NCBI RefSeq assembly: GCF_006345805.1
Contig: NC_043002.1
Span: 33,790,001-33,854,000 of the forward strand
Source: Octopus sinensis
Taxonomy: Eukaryota
DNA length: 64,000 nucleotides
Direction of reading: 5' to 3'
This document shows, piece after piece, positions 50,156-63,245 of the stretch. Position 1 is the stretch's first letter. Each line of letters starts with the position of its first letter. A model generated the notes under the pieces. That model made no database searches. It was given only the letters and a program-made list of their open reading frames with translations, and was not told the origin of the DNA. The translations under genes and the position numbers were made by a program.

Positions 50156-51020
50156 CAGGGTGCGGTGAATAAATTGTCGCCTAAATTACGCAAAAATTAA
50201 AATAATACTGACATCTCATTTTAACAGATATATTTACCAAACTTACATAAAAATACCTTGAAATACTAAAGAGTAAATTTATTCAATAAAATTGCCATTG
50301 GTTTCAACCAAGGCTTTCAGACGATTTTGGAATCTCCTGCAATTCTTCTGGACGGTCCTTTGTTTAAGTTGATGAACGCTGCCATTATCCTTGCCTTTAG
50401 TTCATCCTTGGTGTTACAAGGAGTTTTGTTGGTCTCTCGCTCAACTGCGCCCCACACATAATAATCAATGGGGCTGCAGTCTGGAGAGTTAGGTGGCAGA
50501 TATTAGTGGTGATGTGATCGCAGAAATTGTCTGACAGCCATGACTGTGATCTGTTTGTGTGGCATGGTGCAGAGTCCTTTTGCCAGACATAGGGTCTTCC
50601 AGCAGCCACCCTCTCGACTCAGGGCAGCACTACTTCCTCCAGGCACTTGATCTAGGCCTCCGTGTTGAGTTTGAGGCCGTGTGGGAAGATGAATGGAAGG
50701 ATTCCGTCACTATCACTAGTGATCACTCCAAACACCATGATGTTGACTGGATGTTTGATTTTTATCACTCTCGGTACATATTTTGGAGACACGGCAAACA
50801 CTCAGATTGACACCCAAACACTTTGAAATGTTCGTATTGGAGCTTCCGGCGCGAATGCCAAGCAGTACTGCATGTCTTTCCAAATTTCTGGCAGAGTGAA
50901 TTGCGTCATAGTGCTGTTTTACTCACAGACGGTGCCCAACTGCCCCTACTATATTGTAGTCGACAAAATCAAAAACATGATGTGCATGCGCAAAATTAAA
51001 AATTTCCAGTATTTTGCGGA
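50156..51020 (-). mobile_element. Degenerate Tc1/mariner (maT/DD37D-like) transposon
   Basis: TA|CAGGGTG terminus at 50156. Minus strand reads YVWQKDSAPCHT...(frameshift)WPPNSPDCSPIDYYVWG; 36 residues between the Asp residues after correction. Second TIR not found; left extent approximate. Confidence 0.7.
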
Positions 51021-51752
51021 AGCATGTCTGGCTTCTTGGAAACAGATGTGGGTTAGCGACAGAAAGGGCATCCGGCTATAGAAAATCTGCTTCTATAAAC
51101 TCTCCAACCTATACGAGCATGGAGAAAGTGGACGTTATGACGACGACGACGATGACAGATTAACTGAACGAATATATACTTGATAAATTAGCATTACTTA
51201 TTGATTAAAAGAAAAAAAAAACGTGTTTAATGTAGGAGGTCTTGCAGCCAAAGGAGGGTCTGATGCAGATAAATTGATTATTACCAGGAATACGGAACAG
51301 ATCTTTGTTAATGTGTTATTGCAAATTATAGTTTCATGCATTGGCAAAAATGTCAGGATTATGTAGTATAAGGCTATAGTCGATTCTACATCAATGCATG
51401 ACTTACTTAATTCATCCCAGTGGAATGAATAGTAACTCACCCCACTGGGATTTGAACCCAGGACATAAGGAACGGAATTAGATACCACAAAGCACCATAC
51501 TGAATCTAATTTTACCTTTTTAACTACATTGTTTTTCTGGCGCTGAAGACGAAACCTGTTTATCTTTACAAATTCTCTGTTCCTGATTATAGAAATTATA
51601 TTCAATTTTAATTTAACTGCTTGAATTACAGAGTTATTTCCCCTATTAAAATGGGGACATTTTTCGAAAGGTAATCGATTTCATCATATATAACAAACGA
51701 ATACGGACCGCGAAAGCGTGGCCCATCGATCCTTTCCACAGTTTTTTTTTCC

Positions 51753-52153
51753 GGATCTTTTCGGTTTGAACGGCAGTTTTTTCTAGCGGTGTCATATGAA
51801 ATTGTCACCCATAATTATGACCCTAGTATCGATCTATTGCATTTCAATCTATTTTAGGGTTAGGGTTAGGGGTGGGGGGAAGGGTATTTTTTTTCTTCAC
51901 AAATGTAAATAAACCCAATCTGTTTCTTAAACGAGGGACATATTCATACGGCACAGAATGTTTTTTTACGTATTTGATTGGTTGAAATTGCAGAAATTGA
52001 AGAAAAAAAAACAACAAATATCTTACAAATTTTCTCAATAAAGCTAAGAGAAAAAGTTGTGTTATAAACACCATTCTACCAGTATACGAAGTTTAAAAGT
52101 TTTTAGTTACCTAGAAATTATGTTAAAAACTGCCGTTCAAACCGAAAAGATAC
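51753..52153. mobile_element. Merlin-type MITE, third copy
   Basis: Same TIRs; flanks TTTTTTCC/TTTTTTTC (7 of 8 match). Confidence 0.85.
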
Positions 52154-52324
52154 TTTTTTTCTACTCTAGGCACAAGGCCCGAAATTTTGGAGGAGGAGGC
52201 CAGACGATTAGATCGACTTCAGTACACAACTGGTACTTAATTTATCGACTCCGAAAGGATGAAAGACAAAGTCGACCTCGATGGAATTTGAACTTATATA
52301 TAACAAACATTTTGTGATCCATGT

Positions 52325-54025
52325 AAGCACAATATGATACAATAGGCTAAAATGGCAACTACTGCACCATTTGTCATTTGAATCGAGAACTCATTATCCT
52401 ACTGTTTTATTGTGTGACATCTCTCGTCAACTATCCATTTAAAATGTCTAGTAATTGCCTAAACGATCATAACAATTCACTCCTAAATCACAAAATTATA
52501 AAAATTAACTTAACAATAAGGACACGTTACTGACAATATTTTGCTTGCAAAGTAGGCGATCAAGAAAAGAAATGGGTCCCATATTTGTACCAGCTCTTGT
52601 TTAAAAATGTGGATATGCGACTAACTGAAGTGCACGCTGTTTCCACTAGTTATGGTATAAAGAAAACCCACAGATAATAATAATGACTACTGTTTATATA
52701 TTACTCCGAAATTTTTTAAAGGATTAATTTAAAAAAACGTAGGTCATATACTTCGCATTCTAGAGACCCCTCAAACATATTACCTATCTTCAGATTCTGA
52801 AAGCGAAGCAAATGAAGATTCCACCTCTTACAATCCAAACATTTTAAGTGAATGTATAAAACATCATAAACTTCTCAGGACGAATTATATGATCTTGTAA
52901 GGGACCAAGGTTTGCAAAATATGAAGGCAGAACTTTAAGGTTCGATATCGAAACAACATTGTGACCTATCTGCTAATATTGCCAATGCTTTGCACCCGTG
53001 ATAGGTAGCTTTAAATTTTAGAATTCAAGAATATTGGTGATTTCATGGAAGCTTTCAACTTAAGCTACGATCCACTCGAATGAAGATTATTCATAAACTC
53101 TTCAAAAATTGACCTGAAAGCGGTTTTAGAACATACTGGCAGTTTACTGTCAACAATCCCCATAGGTTATTCAACCTAAATGAAAGAAACATATGACAAT
53201 ATTAAGCAACTTTTGATATGAATAAACTATAATACGTATCAATGGCAAATTTTAATGGTGTAATGATTGTGAGATTTTGCTTGGACCGTAACCTAATTGT
53301 ACTCAATTTTGTTGTTTTATATGAACAGGAGAGCTGCGCTTATGTTTCAAGTGATATTCAGGACGAATGGTCCTAAAGAAAATATATTAAATCTGGCGTA
53401 AGGACGTTATAAATTCACTTCTTTTTTACTCTGCAAAAGAAAAAGAAAAAGCACAACATTTTGTCATCATTTACATATTAAGCAAAAAGAAAAAAAAAAC
53501 GTTATCGGGGTCAGTGAACATCATCAGTGATCGCAAACTTGGTTACTTCCGACATATTTTAACATAGACAAATAAAACAACAGCAAAAGGAAACGTTAAG
53601 ATCTTTATAAAATCTAAGTGAATGTAACGTTATTTTTTAGTGAAAACGATGACCCCAATTTGGTCTTGTGTACCGTTTGTTGTTGCCAATGCACTTCATA
53701 GTATTATACAATATTCATAGTTTATTTAAGACATTCAAAAAAAAATACATAACCTTGTATCTCAAAAACTTGAACGACAAATGTTGAAGAATTAATTATT
53801 TTCGTAATTAGTTAACAAAGAACTGAGAACTGAATCATTTATCTCCTAGAATAATAAATAGCTTTCTTCTACTGGAATATTGTTGAGGCATACTTTGGAT
53901 TAGGAACACAACTCTGTAACTCAAAAATTTTAACTAACCTTAAATATGTACGTGGTTTTTGAAATCACTGACCTGAAGTTAGTGAAGGTCAACTGGTTTT
54001 ATCTCCGATACATTTTGGCTGTTCA
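52325..54025 (+). mobile_element. Decayed DNA transposon, Chapaev3 (CMC)-like
   Basis: YFACKVGDQEKKWVP (52537-52581) and YDPLE*RLFINSSKIDLKAVLEHTG...IPIGYST*MKETYDNIKQLLI*INYNTYQWQI (53042-53250) match a remembered transposase consensus. Family name and boundaries are inferred. Confidence 0.6.
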
Positions 54026-55236
54026 CTAATCTAATTTTTTTAAATATAGGCACAAGGTCACACATAAATTTGATGGGAAAAAATCAAATTGATTCCACTA
54101 CTTGGTTAGCACTTATTAATCAGTCCGGGAAGATAAAAAGCAAAACTAAGCCTGGAAGGATTTGAACTCAGAATACATACCTATATAGTTTGTATGTATA
54201 TCCTGAGTATAGTCACATTAATTAAACAGGGTTTTAAATAATGTTTACGTATTTTAGTGGAAATACTGGTACATCTATACCTCCTACCTATTACAATATT
54301 TTTATCATGGGACTAAATAGGATACATTCTTTAGGCTGTGCTTTTTCAAAGGCTCATGTGGTGACACTTACCGGGATTTCTAGAAGGACATTTTAAAAGG
54401 CCGGGCTGTGAATCTCAAAAGGAACTCAATTGCCAAGGCGTATGGATTCGAAGAGCAAAGAACAAATGAGCATGAATCGATGTGGACAAACTAGACAAGA
54501 TGAAAGAGAAAAAAAAAAGGCAAAATCTTTAAGAAGCCGGGTTCAAGAATCAAATAGTAAGAAAGGAAGAGTAGCAAGTCAATGAAAGAGCAGAGTTTGA
54601 AGCGGTGTTTTAATTACATATTATAATTACAAGACAGAGAGCGGGCAGAATCGTTAGCAGGCCGGGAAAAATGTTTAGTGGCATTTCGTCTGTCTTTTTA
54701 CGTACTGAGTTTAAATTCCGCCGAGGTCGACTTTGAATTTCATCCTTTCGGGGCCAATAAAATAAGTACCAACCAGTTGAGCACGGGAGTCGATGTAATC
54801 GACCTACCTGATAACTGAAATTGCTGGCCCTGTGCCAAAATTTTGAAATCTATATTAGTGGTAGAAAACGAAATAAAAAGGAAAACCATGAGCACTGCAT
54901 CTCCTCTTTCAACTAATAATGCATGTATACGCACATGCACATACATACATACATACATACATACATACATACATACATACATACATACATACATACATAC
55001 AAATTACAGGGAAGATTAACCCCAAGAAGTGTGTATGTATGTAGGTATCTTTAAGAAGACTAGATCCGGTGGACTTTGCGGAAGAAACCTTCATGGAAGA
55101 GGAGGGAGCAGCGGCAACTCATTATGAGGTGTAGAGAGCAAAAGCGAGACAAGACATCTTGGTCATCCACCTCATCCGTCTCCATACCAAGTCCTCTTCA
55201 TCTGGTCTTTCCACTGGACTAAAGATGGTCACAGAC

Positions 55237-55268
<32 letters not shown>

Positions 55269-55609
55269 GTTAACAGTGCGCAACTCCACTTTAAACAAAG
55301 TCACCTTGCACATCACTCGTCATCCTTCAAGATGGCTTGACGGTCCTCATCACTCCTGCAGAACAATTATCTAAGCATACACGCGCATGCCAACAGAAAC
55401 TTAATTCTGATGCGCTTGTTTTTTCTCTCCATTATCATTCCACCATGAACCCCCTTTTCTTTATTTCTTTCTTTCTTTCTTCATCTCCTTCTCTCATCCA
55501 CGTCACTCTCACTTTTTCTCCCTCCGTCCTACAGTTTCTCTCCAAATCTCTTCCTCTCTTGCTTTTTCTTAATCATTTTAACTCTCAATTCACTTTATTC
55601 CATCCCAAC

Positions 55610-55755
55610 GACTTCTCCTCCTCCTCCTCCTCTCCTCCTCCTTCTTCTTCTTCTTCTTTTCATTTTCCTTCTTCTTCTTCTTCTTCTTCTTCTTCTTCTT
55701 CTTCTTCTTCTTCTTCTTCTTCTTCTTCTACTTCTTCTTCATCATCATCATCATC
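55610..55755. repeat. (CTC)n(CTT)n(CAT)n trinucleotide tract
   Basis: Direct reading. Confidence 0.9.
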
Positions 55756-55959
55756 TTCCATCGATCGTGTGCCATCCATGAAGGAATTAGAAGGATGAAA
55801 AACAAAAATCAATTTTTAAAAAAATAAATAAAGAGGAAAACAGTAGAAAGAGTAATAATAAAAAAAAATTGGAAAACAAACCACTTCAAGAACGAACGAA
55901 ACAACACATATATACACAATACACAGTCCCGCACATATATACGACTACATATAGACACA

Positions 55960-55972
55960 CTCACAGATACAC

Positions 55973-56007
<35 letters not shown>

Positions 56008-56082
56008 AACACACGTTAGTTTGTTTATACCCTCACACATAAAAAGAATAACAACAACAATATATATATATGTGTGTGTGCG

Positions 56083-56133
<51 letters not shown>

Positions 56134-56289
56134 ATGAGTGTGTTTTATACATGTTTGTGAGTTTTTGTAAGTACATATGTACGTATGTATATATATTACA
56201 CACACATATATACACACATATATACACACATATATACACACATATATATATACACACACACACACACATATATACACACACACAGATAC

Positions 56290-56335
<46 letters not shown>

Positions 56336-56683
56336 ATAAAAAAATGAATAAGCTTAACAAAACAATTCGAACAAAGCGAGTTCGATAGCCAAGCTGTCCC
56401 TTTCAGCTTGGTGACGTGGAGAGAGAGGGGGGGGAGAGGCAAACGAGAGGACGAAGTGACATGAAGTGTCGGGGGAAAAACATGAATACGTCACCCCACA
56501 ATAACATCATAATCAACCACAAAGCAGAATACGACCAAACACTTGAAAGACACAACATTGGTGGGCTTTTGTGCAACCATCATCGCTTGACTATGCGTCT
56601 GTTCACAACACACATGCACACACACACACAGAGTTATACGTTCTTGTCCATGTTGTATTTTTCTACATACCTTAATATATATA

Positions 56684-56745
<62 letters not shown>

Positions 56746-57193
56746 GTATGCATGTATTTATATATATGTATGTATGTATGTATATATATATGTGCATGTG
56801 TGTGTGTACATGTATATATATATATGTGTGTGTGTACATGTATATATGTGTGTGTGTGTACATGTATATATGTGTGTGTGCGCGCGTATGTGTGTGCGTG
56901 TGTGTGTGTGTGTGTGTGTGCATGTGTATGTCTGACTGTGTTTTATACATGTTTGTGAGTTTTTGTAAGTACATATGTACGTATGTATATATATTTATAC
57001 AGATATACACGTGTGTGTGTATATACATACACACACACACGCACACATATATATATGTATGTGTGTGTATATATATATATATAAATTTCCTCTATTTACA
57101 TATTATTGAGGTCTCTTTCTTTCTTTTGTTATCTTACCGTTTTATCAATATATATATATATATATGTGTGTGTGTATGATTGCATATAAATTC

Positions 57194-57224
<31 letters not shown>

Positions 57225-57390
57225 TGTATGTATGTATGTATGTATGTATGTATGTATGTATGCATGTATGCATGTATGTATGTATGTATGTATGTATGTA
57301 TGTATGTATGTATGTATGCATGTATGTATGTATGTATGTATGTATGTATGTATGTATGTATGTATGTATGTATGCATGTATGTATATATG
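55960..57390. repeat. Compound (CA)/(TA)/(TG)/(TATG)n microsatellite field
   Basis: Direct reading; (TA)n ~56676-56745 and (TATG)n ~57195-57385. Confidence 0.9.
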
Positions 57391-57712
57391 TGGTGGCAGG
57401 GATAGATACTGATCGCTGTTTTTAATTATTATAAGATGGCGGGACAAGTTCACAAGTAGGACTGGTATCTGACGGAAATGACAAAAAAAGCCAATGGTGG
57501 GGGTGGGGGGGTGGATGACGAAAAGGCAGGGCAGAGTGTCAATATGTATTCGTGGCCATGCCTGTGTATAAGCGCGCGCGTGTGGAGAGTGAGACGGCTT
57601 AAATTGTAAAAAAAAGAATCCCAGCAAAAACAAAATTCTGAGTTGTCAATGACTGAGCAGACAGTGTTTCGTAGATATGTTGTCGTTGTTATTGTTATTG
57701 TCAAGGCGACGT

Positions 57713-57789
57713 TGGTGGTGGTGGTGGTGGTAGTGGTGGTGGTGGTGGTGGTGATTGTAGTAATGGTTGTGGTGGAACTGTTGTTGTTG

Positions 57790-57821
<32 letters not shown>

Positions 57822-58160
57822 AATGGCGATGGAAGTGATGGTGTTGGTGGCGGTGATGGTAATGATGATAATGCTGTTGTTTTGAATGGTGGTGTTAGTG
57901 GTGAAGGGGTTGGAGATGATGGTGACGGTGGTGATGGTGGTGTTGATGGGTGATGGTAGTTATGGTTGTAGTGGTGGTGTTGGTATTGATGGTGATGGTG
58001 GTGATGGCGATGCTGGTGTTGGTGGTGATATTTGATGATGGTTGAGATGGTGAGGAAAGAGGCGGTGATCGAAACAGACGTAAAGAGGATAACGATGATG
58101 AAGATTATGATGACAACGACGACGACGATGATGATGATGATGATGGTGGCGGTGGTGGTG
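57713..58160. repeat. GGT/GTT/GAT trinucleotide low-complexity block
   Basis: Direct reading. Confidence 0.9.
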
Positions 58161-58542
58161 AATGTACTAATTGCGGTGATTCTCATGGTGCTTATTTCTG
58201 TATAAATGGTTAAGATATAATATCAGTATTAGTTTAGCGCCTAGTCGGTCCTGATTAAGCAGGTCTACTACCAAAGATATTCCAGCCACGACTATCGTGT
58301 CTCATTGTTAGTCATAGTGTCTTCAGGAGCATATTAATCCGATGTGTCTTTCCTTTTTAAGCCGAGTTGAACAATACTTAGCTGTTGTTTCCAGCATGTT
58401 GTACGACCACGTTGAAGCTCCTTCTGTGATGGTGGTGGTGAAAGTGATTGTGGTAATATGGCTGTGGTAATGGTTGCGATGGTGATAGTAATGACGGCCA
58501 AGGTAATGATGGTGTAAATTATTCTATTTAGTTTTTCATGTT

Positions 58543-58660
58543 TACCGTAAACCCTCGAGTATAGTCCGCCCTTGAGTATAATACGCAGGAGATTTTTAGT
58601 GGGCTGTACCTCTGAAAAACCTAAACCTTGTGTATAATACGCACCCCTTCTCTAACTTGA
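58543..58660 (+). mobile_element. Terminus of a pogo/TcMar-like non-autonomous element
   Basis: TACCGTAAACCCTCGAGTATAGTCCGC...GAGTATAATACGCA resembles TACCGTA-type MITE ends; a related end lies at ~17940-17964. Confidence 0.4.
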
Positions 58661-58899
58661 GTCAAAGAGGTCTATATAACGTCTTTGGTTTGTAAAAATG
58701 TATACGGTAACGTCCTGCAAACGTGTAGCATTTTTGTGTATTTTGTTTGCAGAAAATCCCATGAGTCCTAAGTAATGCTGGCATCAAGTCTGAGCAAAAT
58801 ATGTCGAAATTGGTAAAAGTTATGGTTGAAAATGGGGTGTAGCTAATTTTAGTGGGAAATTCTATAAGGAATCGGTTTATCAATTTTTTATCCTGATTG

Positions 58900-59530
58900 A
58901 ATGGAAAACCCCAAGTGGATCCCTACCACCGATAGTGTTTGGCCTTGGGATTTGTTGATGGACATGGCGAAGCATGGTCTCACTTTGAACTGCGATCTGC
59001 GGAAGTTAAACGGCATGTCTGACCCCGAGGGATAAAGCTGCATCCTTGAAATGAAAGCATTTTCACCCCTCCCGCATCCTGTAACAATGGTGGCCCCAAT
59101 CAAGTGGGGCGTCAGGAACTTGATTACTAAGCGGGTCTCGTTGCACTGTTTAGACGGAAGCAAGTTTCTGATTAGCATAATTGGGCATCCAACTCTTAGC
59201 ATAAGAATGTGAGGTGGAAGCCCTGCTGGCTCCAATGAGTTGAGAAACTCGATAAGGTAATTGACAATGTCTTGGGGGTTAGAGGTCCGATCAATCGATT
59301 TGTAGATGCGCTCCTCACCCGGAATTCGGCTTATGGGCTGGTCATTAATAGCACTGACAGCTACGTTTTTGGGAGCCAGGATGGTTCTTTCACTGAGCAA
59401 ATTGATGTCTTCATAATTACTTTCCAGACTGGGGAATCCTGTTTCCAAAAGATCGGAATGGTTGTCCATGGTGTTGCGCAGTTCAGAGATGGATATGTCG
59501 CCTCTATCATTCCTGGGGACCTTGACATAT
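58900..59530 (-). mobile_element. Helitron Rep-Hel fragment (PIF1-family helicase C-terminal part)
   Basis: ILAPKN...EFLNSLEPAGLPPHILMLRVGCPIMLIRNL...FAMSINKSQGQTL; truncated at both ends. Confidence 0.9.
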
Positions 59531-59571
59531 AATACTTACGTATGTGTGTATGTGTGTGTGTGTGTGTGTGT

Positions 59572-59602
<31 letters not shown>

Positions 59603-61284
59603 TTGCAATAATTATAACGATAGAGAATATGGAAGCTGGTACATCCTCAAAATGTCTTCCCTTTTATATTACTATGATATACAGCATGTTTTTATGCTTA
59701 CAACGACCTACACGTGTTTCCGTAGCACAGAATCTGGGCCGTTGCATATGCAACCGAGCATAATTTTCTGTGAACCTTCGTTCAGGGTCTTTCAACCAGC
59801 TTGGCTCGAAGTGGACTGAATTCAATTACTTTTTTATTGGTTAGGGTTCAGGAGGAAGCGAGTGGGGTTAATTTGAGCCTGAAATCTGATCTCGTTGTAG
59901 AATTGTATGGTTGACTTCGTTTTTAAATCTAACCGTTGATTTACATTTTCTATTTCGTATTTTTATCTTTTACTTGTTTCAGTCATTATACTGCAGCCAT
60001 GCTGGGACACCGCCTTGAAATTTTTTAGTCAAATGAATCGAGTCCAGCACATTTTTTAAAGCCTCGTACGTATTCTAAATATGAAACAATGAAAGAATAC
60101 ATTGTTTTTCTATTTTCCCAGATATGTGTATCTACGTATTGACTTTTCAAAAATACGGTATCTAAATGAAATATTTCAATAACGACAACTTGCAGTGAGT
60201 GTATGTGTGTGTATGTGTGTGTGTGTATGTGTGTATGTGTGTGTTTATGTGTATGTGTGTGGGTGAATAGGGATTCAAAGAATCAAGTGTACAGTAAACT
60301 CCCGGTCTGGTGTGTGGCTATGGAGAAGAACAGTAGTTAAGGCTAAGATGTAACCTCTCAGTCGTTGTGAAAATCCAGGAACCTCAATGGTGGACAGTAA
60401 GAACATAAGTGAAGTGAAAGAATAGATGTTTATTCTGTTAGTTGATAGCTGTTTCGTAATCAATTTTAATTAGATAAACGACTAAAGATGCTACATCATC
60501 CGTCACACATACATAAATAAATATACATAACTTAACTTAGATAACTTAGATATGTTTGGGCCAAAGATTGGCCCAGGTCATGTCTAGCTTAATAGCACCA
60601 CCTAAAAGTATCTATTAAGTCATTCTAAAGACAAATTTTGTGTTATCATGGCCCATTCAAGCAGGGAGTTGCTGTTGACTGTGATTTATCCATGTACAGG
60701 TGGACTATTTGAGATAATGTTAAATAGAACAGGGTCTGTTGAGGAAAATAAACTGTGTTGTAGTGAATTTATGTATTATGAACCTGAATTGTGTATAGGG
60801 GGCATACGGCATGTTGGTCCCAACCTTGGTTAAATTCTGAATCTGATGTTATGATCGTTAGGTAATGCTGGTGGTGTATTCTCTACATTGTGCAAATGAT
60901 GTAGCGCTCGCGGTGGCGCTGGAGAGAATAAAGATCCAATGCATTAAGGCGCCCCAATAATCAAGGTCACTCAAGCTGATATTACTGTGGAGAAGAAATT
61001 CTCTCTTATAGCAAAAGGTATAAAACACCCCATTTGCCCAATGCTTCCCAATAACGAATTTCCTGTCGCGTTTCTGGCTCTTTAGCCTTCCTCAATGGGA
61101 AATACTGAAGAAAGATAACTCCAGGTAGGTTAAAAGCCGTAGTTTTATCTAAAGACAATCATCACCTGGGACTGAGTGGCGCTCGTGGATTCCCTGGTCG
61201 AAATAAAAATAGCAATATCAGCGCCAAGAAGTGATGAGGAATAAATGAACTTTCGGTTTATGACATGTTTTAACTTCGAAAGGC

Positions 61285-61658
61285 AAATTCACTGCAGTTA
61301 CCATGGAGAAGAAATTCTCTCTTATGGTAAAAGGTGTAAAACATTACATTTACCTAGTGCTTCTCCCTAGCGGATTCCCAGATGCGTTTCTAGCTCTTTA
61401 ACTTTCCTCAGCAGGAAATATCGAAGAGGGATAAACATAGGTAGATTCAAAACTGTAGCTTTATCTAAACACAATCAACATTAGTGACTGGATCATTTTT
61501 AGATAAAGCGATGTCTTTGAATCTGCCCAGAGTTATCTCTCTTCGGTATTTCCTATTGAGGATGGCTAAAGAGCTAGAGAGAAACACAACTGATATGATG
61601 TTTTTGCACCTTTTACCATAAAAGAGAATCTTTTCTCCACGGTAACGGCGGTGAATTT
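61285..61658. repeat. Foldback element with ~150-bp imperfect inverted arms; extra direct arm copy at 60982-61165
   Basis: aaattcactgcagttaccatggagaagaaattctctcttatggtaaaaggtg matches the reverse complement of caccttttaccataaaagagaatcttttctccacggtaacggcggtgaattt. Confidence 0.7.
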
Positions 61659-61755
61659 AGAAGTTGAAATATGTCAGAAACATATTTTACCTAAAGTACA
61701 CACACTCACGCACACACACACACACACGCACGCACGCACACACACACACACACAC

Positions 61756-61798
<43 letters not shown>

Positions 61799-61815
61799 TA
61801 CACACACACACACAA

Positions 61816-61850
<35 letters not shown>

Positions 61851-62386
61851 CATGCGCGCACAAGCACATATTTAAAAGTTTTGTAGCAATTAGTACTTAC
61901 TTCAAATGAAGAGAAGTAATCTCGTGAATAAAGAATTTTTTCAAAAGTGACGACATCAGTTTTTCCAAAACTGACGTGTCTGATTGTCTGAAGACAAGAT
62001 GACAGTTGTGGATATACCCTTATTTGTTTTTGTTGTTCAAATACATGCCATCAACCATTTCGAGTTATTTCTTTTAGTTCATTTTTCTTTCATCTTTGCA
62101 ACTTATTTAGGCCATAATGTGTTGTGCTCTTTTTATATATCTGTTTGTATTGTATGTACTGATGATATCTGTTGAGGCAGAACCAAATGTCTACAGCGTC
62201 TTTCACTGTAATACATACAGTGGGCGCTATCTAACTATGTCACACATACTAAGACTTACCGCCACTGTATCATATGAATCGAGGTATACCTCCAATATAC
62301 TATAGGCATCAAGAATTACCTCCACTGTACCTCTGCTGTTCTACATGCATCGAGAAACTCTTCAAAAGTATTACATGTATTGGTGA

Positions 62387-63245
62387 TCTACTACATATGA
62401 GGGAAATTCTGTCTGTGGATGTGTTTTTTTGCGGAGTTAGCTAACTCCTCCAACATAGTTTTATCGATTTTGATGAAACTTGACAAGTGAGTACAACTCA
62501 TGTCTGGAAACCTCATGGCATACTCAGACTGTTGAAAAAATTGATAAGGCCCCTGGAAGGGATCCTTATAAATAACTACTATATTTTATTTTAACAGCCA
62601 AAGGAAATAACCCATTCATTTTCTATATTATTTGGTATAAAAGAAATTGAGTATGCTTATTTCTTAGTATTTGAACTGTTAGAGTTATTTTCGCAATTTA
62701 TCCACTACAACCCTTAAACAAGTAAATAGTATTTTCCTAAACAATAGATCCACTTATTTTGGTTAGTGACTTATTCACGAATATAGCAACACTAGCGCTC
62801 CTGAGGGTAACATTCTTTGGGAATGCACAAAAGCCCTTTTCAGAGTTATTTACTTTCAATTGTTATTGTCTCATATCTGATTAACCTGTTATTACGTAAC
62901 ATGCTTCACGATTTTAGTATATATACCTTATTTGTATTTCCTTCTAAGTTCTATATACTCTGGGAACGCATTAAAACCCTTTTCGGGGCTACTTTATTTG
63001 AATTGTTACTATCGGGTAACTAATTTCATGTAATTACATAACTGATTTCACAATTTGGATATTCATAACTTATTAGGAATTCCTAAAAACAAGACCCTGT
63101 GTAAGACAGTTCGGTGTTCTCTGTAAATGCACAAAAAACGGGTTACATACTTTGTATTGTTGTTATTGGATTAGTGAAACAATTATGAGAGCGGAACCAA
63201 GGGATAAGCCACGCTTTTCCCGGGATTACCGGGTACGTCTGCTAG
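62387..63245 (+). mobile_element. Complete non-autonomous Helitron (859 bp)
   Basis: Inserted between A62386 and T63246; 5' TC; 3' hairpin CCCGG-GATTA-CCGGG (63219-33) followed by CTAG (63242-45). Confidence 0.8.

Noticed and set aside
51541-51560. CTGAAGA-C-GAAAC hammerhead-like word
   Set aside because: No stem II between the core halves.
51198-51605. 135-aa minus-strand ORF
   Set aside because: Overlaps a SINE head and AT-rich sequence; no recognisable family.
55337-58186. Multiple 60-180-aa ORFs (poly-S, CVCV, YIYI, poly-V/T/P)
   Set aside because: Microsatellite read-through.
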